Both the position numbers and the translations under genes were made by a program. From Candidatus Omnitrophota bacterium (GTDB lineage: Bacteria; Omnitrophota; Gorgyraeia; 2-01-FULL-45-10), in contig CAIMPC010000062.1 in assembly GCA_903843285.1 (NCBI GenBank), positions 8,895-72,894 on the forward strand: 64,000 nt of DNA, given 5' to 3'. The notes below the pieces were generated by a model that saw nothing but the letters and a program-made list of their open reading frames with translations, was not told the origin of the DNA and did no database searches. Below are positions 59,342 to 64,000 of this stretch, piece by piece; position 1 is the stretch's first letter, and each line of letters opens with the position of its first letter.

Positions 59342-59575
59342 TCATATTTCCTTTACGCCTTTCTTAATCATCTCAAATAAATCACTATTTATAGCTTCGA
59401 CATGGCCATTTTTCTTTTTAGCGATCAGAGTAGGCCTTGCTTTAGAATTATCAAATAACATCCATGAATTAACCATCGGCATGTATAGATTGAAGAAATT
59501 ATAAATACCACGAACAAAACGCCTTCTCACGTCTTCCGATGGAACATTATGCCCGCCTTCGGCCACCCTATTGCC
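59342..59575 (-). pseudogene. 5'-truncated zeta-toxin-like/AAA ATPase
   Basis: Only the C-terminal RVAEGGHNVP..DVRRRF..LFDNS segment remains; no P-loop and an in-frame stop just upstream. Confidence 0.72.
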
Positions 59576-59651
59576 ATGTCATAGCTTATACTCTGAACAT
59601 ATGCCCTCTACAAGTAAAATGCCTGCATGGGTTGTTTGATCTGACCCCGGA

Positions 59652-59692
59652 CGTCATTCTGAACGAAGCCCAAAAGGCGGAGTGAGGAATCT
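59652..59692. repeat. CGTCAT-type palindromic repeat unit
   Basis: CGTCATTCTGAACGAAGCCCAAAAGGCGGAGTGAGGAATCT. Confidence 0.8.
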
Positions 59693-59719
59693 AGGAGCGG
59701 GATGCACTACTCACTGGGA

Positions 59720-59745
59720 AAGGTTGGATTTGCCAAACGGTATAA
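59720..59745. repeat. GGGACAS repeat, partial copy C
   Basis: AAGGTTGGATTTGCCAAACGGTATAA, the right half of the 62-bp unit. Confidence 0.8.
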
Positions 59746-59803
59746 ACACTGGGAGCATTCCAATAAATGACTCTGACCCCTTTTTTTGTGACCCCTTTTT
59801 TTG

Positions 59804-60109
59804 CTAGACGAAAACTTTTTCTTCAACTTTTTTAACTCGACTCGCGAGGCCTTTTGTTTCATGGCTAATGTCCATCACAGCGCTTTTTACCGTATCAAGA
59901 TCCCGCTCGATTCTGTCTAAACGCTGACTATGTCCATCGAGAACGTGTTCAATTCTACCCAAGCGCTGATCATGCCCATCAAGCTTTCTTATTATGATTC
60001 CGTGGCCTTCGGCAATGGTCTGAACCTGCTTACTTATACCCTCTAACAATACTCTGGTTTCGCGGTCAGAGTCTGTGGTCTTATTTTTTGGCGCTTTATC
60101 ATTCTTCAT
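59804..60109 (-). CDS. coiled-coil hypothetical protein, short copy (101 aa)
   Basis: GAGGAG RBS; heptads LDGHDQR/LGRIEHV/LDGHSQR; paralog of 60537-61010. Confidence 0.85.
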   Translation of the reverse strand: MKNDKAPKNKTTDSDRETRVLLEGISKQVQTIAEGHGIIIRKLDGHDQRLGRIEHVLDGHSQRLDRIERDLDTVKSAVMDISHETKGLASRVKKVEEKVFV

Positions 60110-60214
60110 TTACTATTGTCTCCTCGTCGTAAAGTGAATATATCATACCGGGTTATTGAAGTAAACTTATTTTTCACGGGCTCCTGGATGGGGTTGTTTA
60201 ATCCGACCCCCGGA

Positions 60215-60410
60215 CGTCATTCTGAACGAAGGAGCCGAAGGGCGGAGTGAAGCCTGCCTGCCTACTATCGGAGCACCTGCAGGTAGGCAGGAATCTATGC
60301 GTTCAGATCCTTCGGCTCGCCACTTTCAGTGGCGGCCTCAGGATGACATACGCTTCGTCATTCTGAGGAGGGCTTTAGCCCGACGAAGAATCTAAGGCAC
60401 TTGGATGACG
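60215..60410. repeat. cluster of CGTCAT-type palindromic repeats with a nested CCTGCC hairpin
   Basis: CGTCATTCTGA...CTCAGGATGAC (60215-60347), a second unit at 60356-60393, and CCTGCCTAC/GTAGGCAGG IR at 60257-60291. Confidence 0.85.
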
Positions 60411-60430
60411 AAGGGGCGCTTCTCTCGTCA

Positions 60431-60492
60431 GGGACAGGTTTAATCTTAAAAAAAGGGACACGTTGAAGGTTGGATTCTGCAAACGGTACAAG
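60431..60492. repeat. GGGACAS repeat, copy D
   Basis: GGGACAGGTTTAATCTTAAAAAAAGGGACACGTTGAAGGTTGGATTCTGCAAACGGTACAAG. Confidence 0.9.
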
Positions 60493-60536
60493 TGCTGGGA
60501 GCGTTCCAATAAATGACCCTTTTTTGCTAGACGCTA

Positions 60537-61010
60537 CTAAACGAAAACTTTTTCTTCAACTTTTTTAACACGACTCGCGAGGCCTTTTGTTTCATGGCTA
60601 ATGTCCATCACAGCGCTTTTTACCGTATCAAGATCCCGCTCGATTCTGTCAAAACGCTGACTATGTCCATTAAGAATCTGACCATGCCCGCTCAAGCTCT
60701 GCGTATGCTCATCGAGGATCTGGCCATGTTTATTCAAGCTCTGCGTATGCTCATCGAGGATCTGGCCATGTTTATTCAGAATCTGAGTATGCTCATCGAG
60801 GATCTGGCCATGTTTATTCAGGATCTGAGTATGCTCATCGAGAACATTCTCAATCCTATCCAGGCGTTGACTATGCCCATCAAGCTTTCTTATTATGATT
60901 CCGTGGCCTTCGGCAACGGTCTGAACATGCTTACTTATACTCTCTAACAATACTCTGGTTTCGCGTTCAGAGTCTGTGGTCTTATTTTTTGGCGCTTTAT
61001 CATTCTTCAT
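60537..61010 (-). CDS. coiled-coil hypothetical protein, expanded copy (157 aa) with His-containing heptads
   Basis: Near-identical termini to 59804-60109 plus 56 extra residues of LDEHTQI/LNKHGQI repeats. Confidence 0.88.
   Translation of the reverse strand: MKNDKAPKNKTTDSERETRVLLESISKHVQTVAEGHGIIIRKLDGHSQRLDRIENVLDEHTQILNKHGQILDEHTQILNKHGQILDEHTQSLNKHGQILDEHTQSLSGHGQILNGHSQRFDRIERDLDTVKSAVMDISHETKGLASRVKKVEEKVFV
60692..60842. repeat. intragenic 42-bp tandem repeat (~3.6 copies)
   Basis: Units TCAAGCTCTGCGTATGCTCATCGAGGATCTGGCCATGTTTAT (with variants) start at 60692, 60734, 60776 and 60818. Confidence 0.92.
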
Positions 61011-61107
61011 TTACTATTGTCTCCTCGTCGTAAAGTGAATATATCATACCGGGTTATTGAAGTAAACTTATTTTTCGCAGGCGCCTTTTTTCACGGGCTC
61101 CTGAACA

Positions 61108-61626
61108 TTAATCCGAATGAAATCCTATCCTGCGCTTAGGCTGATCAGGGTGCGGAACCATTAGCTGACGAATCGCCTCGAAGATCATGCCGATATCTTC
61201 ACCATGCTTCTCTATTTTTATTTCAAGCTCGTTCAATTTATTAGATAACTATTTATGGTTTACAATCATTGTTTTTAATCTTACGAAAGCTCGCATTATG
61301 GCAATATTTACCTGAATGGCTCGTTCGCTATTAAGCACGCTAGATAGCATAGCTACACCTTGCTCAGTAAATGCATACGGATTAGCACGTCGGGCTCCAT
61401 CCCAACTTGAAATCGCAATTTGCGATTTCAAGATTGCATGCTCTGCATCACTTAGCTGAAACATAAAATCATTCGGAAATCGCCTTATATTGCGCTTAAC
61501 CTGCTCATTTAACCGCATCACAGGAACCCCGTAAAGCCGCGCCAGATCCATAGAGAGCATAACCTTGTGCCCTCTAATTAAATAGATCTTCCTTTCAATA
61601 ATCTCTTCGGGTATTAAATTACTCAT
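61108..61626 (-). pseudogene. ORF6N-domain DNA-binding protein interrupted by an in-frame TAG
   Basis: [54 protein letters not shown] at 61249-61251 is followed in frame by LSNKLNELE...IFEAIRQLM...KRRIGFHSD*. Confidence 0.82.
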
Positions 61627-61668
61627 AATGCGTCTCCCTCTCTGTTTATATATACGTGCGTTGTCCCC

Positions 61669-61789
61669 ACTATAAAGACGCGAAAAGGGGTGAAATTGTT
61701 GCAAAGTATTTTAAAATAGTTTGATTTGGGACAGGTTTAATCTTAAAAAAGGGGACACGTTGAAGGTTGGATTCGGCAAACGGTACAAG
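61669..61789. repeat. 121-bp direct repeat, right copy (contains GGGACAS repeat copy E and an ECF-like promoter)
   Basis: Matches 59073-59193. Confidence 0.92.
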
Positions 61790-61795
61790 AGTGGG

Positions 61796-64000
61796 TTAGG
61801 CGCTGCGGGAGGCTTTGTCCATTGCGCTGAGCATCTTACTGATGGCTTCGGCGACGTCTCTGAATATCTTAAAGAATCCGAAGTAGCCGGATAGCTTCTT
61901 TATGCTATTATCATTTTCCTTATAGCCTATCGCGACGAACGCGCCCTTCATAATTATCGAGGCAAGCAGGTTAGTCAGGTTAATCTTTTCGACTGCGACT
62001 ACTGTATCGGCATTCATGCCTTTTCTATTGATAAGGGCATATGCCAGGGTGCCTTCACGGCCCTTCTCACGCGTATTCACAGCGTCCGCGCCTATCATAT
62101 TTATCTCATTGCCGGTATCGGTGTCTTCTAATAGGATGGCGATATTGCCAACCTTTACATTATTGGCTTCCATGGCAGACCGTATGGCATCCGATGGATT
62201 AACGCCCTCACCTACCAACACGACAGAGACTCCCGGCACATTCTTCTCGAGCGCGCTTTGCTGTTGGGCATCTCTGGCTATGAGAACCATCCTGGCTACA
62301 TTATTATTCTTCTCGGCATAGCCTAATGCTTCCCGGAATTCTCCACGAAGCTGGCCCTTATCCTTATCGAACACACTATTGCCATCGAACGCCAATATTA
62401 CAGTATCGCGGACTATGCTCGCCCTGTGTAATTTGCCAAGGGCTTCGAAGAGGCCCTCTAAACTGCCCGACTTATCCCTTAACACACCCTCTATCATGGC
62501 GTAAGCGCCGGTCACATTAACATCCTCTTTTGAATATACGCCATTGGCATATGTAAACGTATGCTGTTCCATCAGCTCACCGCTCTTAACAAACGCCGCG
62601 AGCGGCACAGCCGGCATCTTAAGGACCTTAAAACTGCCATCCGGCAATATGACCATCGATCCGGCATCGCCCAGTTTGGCGAAGTTTGCCCTGTCCGCGT
62701 CGAATTCCGCATCATTAGCAGGCATAACGGGATGGGAGTGGATCAACCAGCGCGTATTCGCATTAAACAGGACGGTAGACTTATAGTCATAGGAAGCGGC
62801 TGTAGCGTCAAAGACGATGGCGGCATTCCTGAAGGCATATGCGACCTTACCATCAGATCCGACAGAGAACGCGACCTCGTATAAGCCCTTGCCTATCGCC
62901 GTAGTCATATTGTTCCTTATCGTTTCATCGGGGAAGTCTGCGACATGGCTATCTATATACTCTTTAACCTTATCGCCCACTTTATCGCCTTTTTTGAGCG
63001 CTATATCGAAGCTTCTGCCGCCGATCTCTATCGTGTATGTCATATCCTCAGCGGCGATACCGTTACTTGCCAAACCCTGCATCCTGGTAATCTCGATGGC
63101 CGATTCTCTCGACACCGTATCGACACCACCAACCTTAGTGGCATTTGTAAGGCGTTCGGCTTTGGTCTGAGTCTTTTCGATAATCTTAGTTACGGTTTCG
63201 GGAGTTGCAGGCTCGCCGAGCAGGCTGGACTGAGCCATCATAATGCCGGGTCCGAGCGGCCCAACTCCGATCAATCCGTTTCTGAGCGCATCGATATTTT
63301 CCGGATGCGCTAATCTCTCGCTAATTGGCCCAAAGCTCGGAGCAAATTTGGCTGTGAATTCCGCGCGCTTCTCATCATTAAATTTACTCAAGGCGAGGCC
63401 AAGCGGGTTCTCGCCTGATTTATAACCGAAGAATTCCCTCTGGGTTATCTTATAAAGGTTGTCATGCGTATTAGTAGGTGTCACGGATTCCAATACTTCG
63501 TGGAGTATGTATTCCTGGATAAGCTTATTTCCATAAGGGGTGGGGGCGACCATCTTCGAGAGATATTCGATCACGTCCGCGGCGAGGGCTATTCCACCTC
63601 TCTTACCGAATCCTAAGAGATGCCCTGTGATCGGCTCGACTCTCGCAGTGAAGTATGAGATCATCGCGGCTCTTGTCTCGGGATTATTAAGCTTGCTCAA
63701 CATAGCCAGTGCGTCAGGATAAGAATCTGAGCTTATACCAGCCGGAGGACCTCTATTCATAGCCGTATCAAATAATTGCCTTATAGCCTGAGTCACCGCA
63801 TCCTCGACAACTTTATCTACACCTTCCAATTTCTGCACCAATCCGGAGGCGAATACCGCCTCGATAGACTCAGCGGCGTCTACCCTATCCTTCAGCCAGC
63901 CTTTAGCTATCTCTCCACCTCCGCCGGGTGATACGATAGGAGGAGCCTGCTTCTCAATCGCACTCACCCCCCAATCTACAGTAATTTCTCCTATATTATT
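61796..64000 (-). CDS. C-terminal >=734 aa of a large hypothetical multidomain protein (5' end outside the window)
   Basis: The frame stays open upstream of the track's GTG to base 64000 (NNIGEITVDWG-V). Motifs RGPP, ILHEVLE and IHSHP; ends KASRSA. Confidence 0.85.
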   Translation of the reverse strand, partial: NNIGEITVDWGVSAIEKQAPPIVSPGGGGEIAKGWLKDRVDAAESIEAVFASGLVQKLEGVDKVVEDAVTQAIRQLFDTAMNRGPPAGISSDSYPDALAMLSKLNNPETRAAMISYFTARVEPITGHLLGFGKRGGIALAADVIEYLSKMVAPTPYGNKLIQEYILHEVLESVTPTNTHDNLYKITQREFFGYKSGENPLGLALSKFNDEKRAEFTAKFAPSFGPISERLAHPENIDALRNGLIGVGPLGPGIMMAQSSLLGEPATPETVTKIIEKTQTKAERLTNATKVGGVDTVSRESAIEITRMQGLASNGIAAEDMTYTIEIGGRSFDIALKKGDKVGDKVKEYIDSHVADFPDETIRNNMTTAIGKGLYEVAFSVGSDGKVAYAFRNAAIVFDATAASYDYKSTVLFNANTRWLIHSHPVMPANDAEFDADRANFAKLGDAGSMVILPDGSFKVLKMPAVPLAAFVKSGELMEQHTFTYANGVYSKEDVNVTGAYAMIEGVLRDKSGSLEGLFEALGKLHRASIVRDTVILAFDGNSVFDKDKGQLRGEFREALGYAEKNNNVARMVLIARDAQQQSALEKNVPGVSVVLVGEGVNPSDAIRSAMEANNVKVGNIAILLEDTDTGNEINMIGADAVNTREKGREGTLAYALINRKGMNADTVVAVEKINLTNLLASIIMKGAFVAIGYKENDNSIKKLSGYFGFFKIFRDVAEAISKMLSAMDKASRSA

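Noticed and set aside
61249-61251. Genome-wide TAG recoding
   Set aside because: TAG ends several conserved genes at their expected C-termini and no other gene shows an internal TAG
59132-61789. GGGACAS repeats as a CRISPR array
   Set aside because: Units are ~62 bp, separated by hundreds of bases containing whole genes; no cas genes
61728-61801. Integron attC site (GCCTAAC at the large ORF's stop fits RYYYAAC)
   Set aside because: No matching GTTRRRY end or attC-like palindrome downstream, the other copies lack the motif, and no integron integrase is present
49-63722. Numerous plus-strand ORFs in the six-frame track, including 20058-20882 (274 aa) and 50897-51523 (208 aa)
   Set aside because: They are antisense shadows of well-supported minus-strand genes and show no recognisable motifs

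Overview
Bacterial chromosome segment in which essentially every credible gene lies on the minus strand. Gene order (rpmE-prfA-prmC...rpsP-trmD-rplS-rnhB without rimM), the acetyl-CoA pathway genes and a large RGPP-motif ORF suggest a PVC-superphylum anaerobe such as Candidatus Omnitrophota; this is inference only. In transcription order (right to left): the C-terminal part of a large unknown protein open to the window edge; a 2.7 kb repeat-rich accessory patch (ORF6N gene with an in-frame amber codon, two tandemly duplicated His-heptad coiled-coil genes, a truncated zeta-like ATPase plus small partner) bracketed by 121-bp direct repeats; recA-recX-alaS-his-trp-manC-ruvX-M16 peptidase; rpe, pgm, lepA, lepB, pgsA-like, plsY; polA-glgA-coaE-rho; translation genes and murA; a ~16 kb Wood-Ljungdahl cluster (fhs, fchA, folD, metF, acsB, acsC, acsV, cooC, acsD, two acsE) with panB/panE embedded and no CO dehydrogenase; a DRTGG protein, apbE, mnmA, a 236-bp foldback element, larE, tRNA-Met, mutT, baiN-like, tilS and the start of ftsH. 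Best leads: the CODH-less ACS cluster with an apparent ATC-initiated cooC and a direct-repeat operator, the repeat-delimited cassette-like patch, the long foldback element, and the large protein with HExxE and JAB-like motifs. All calls were made by eye, without database searches.
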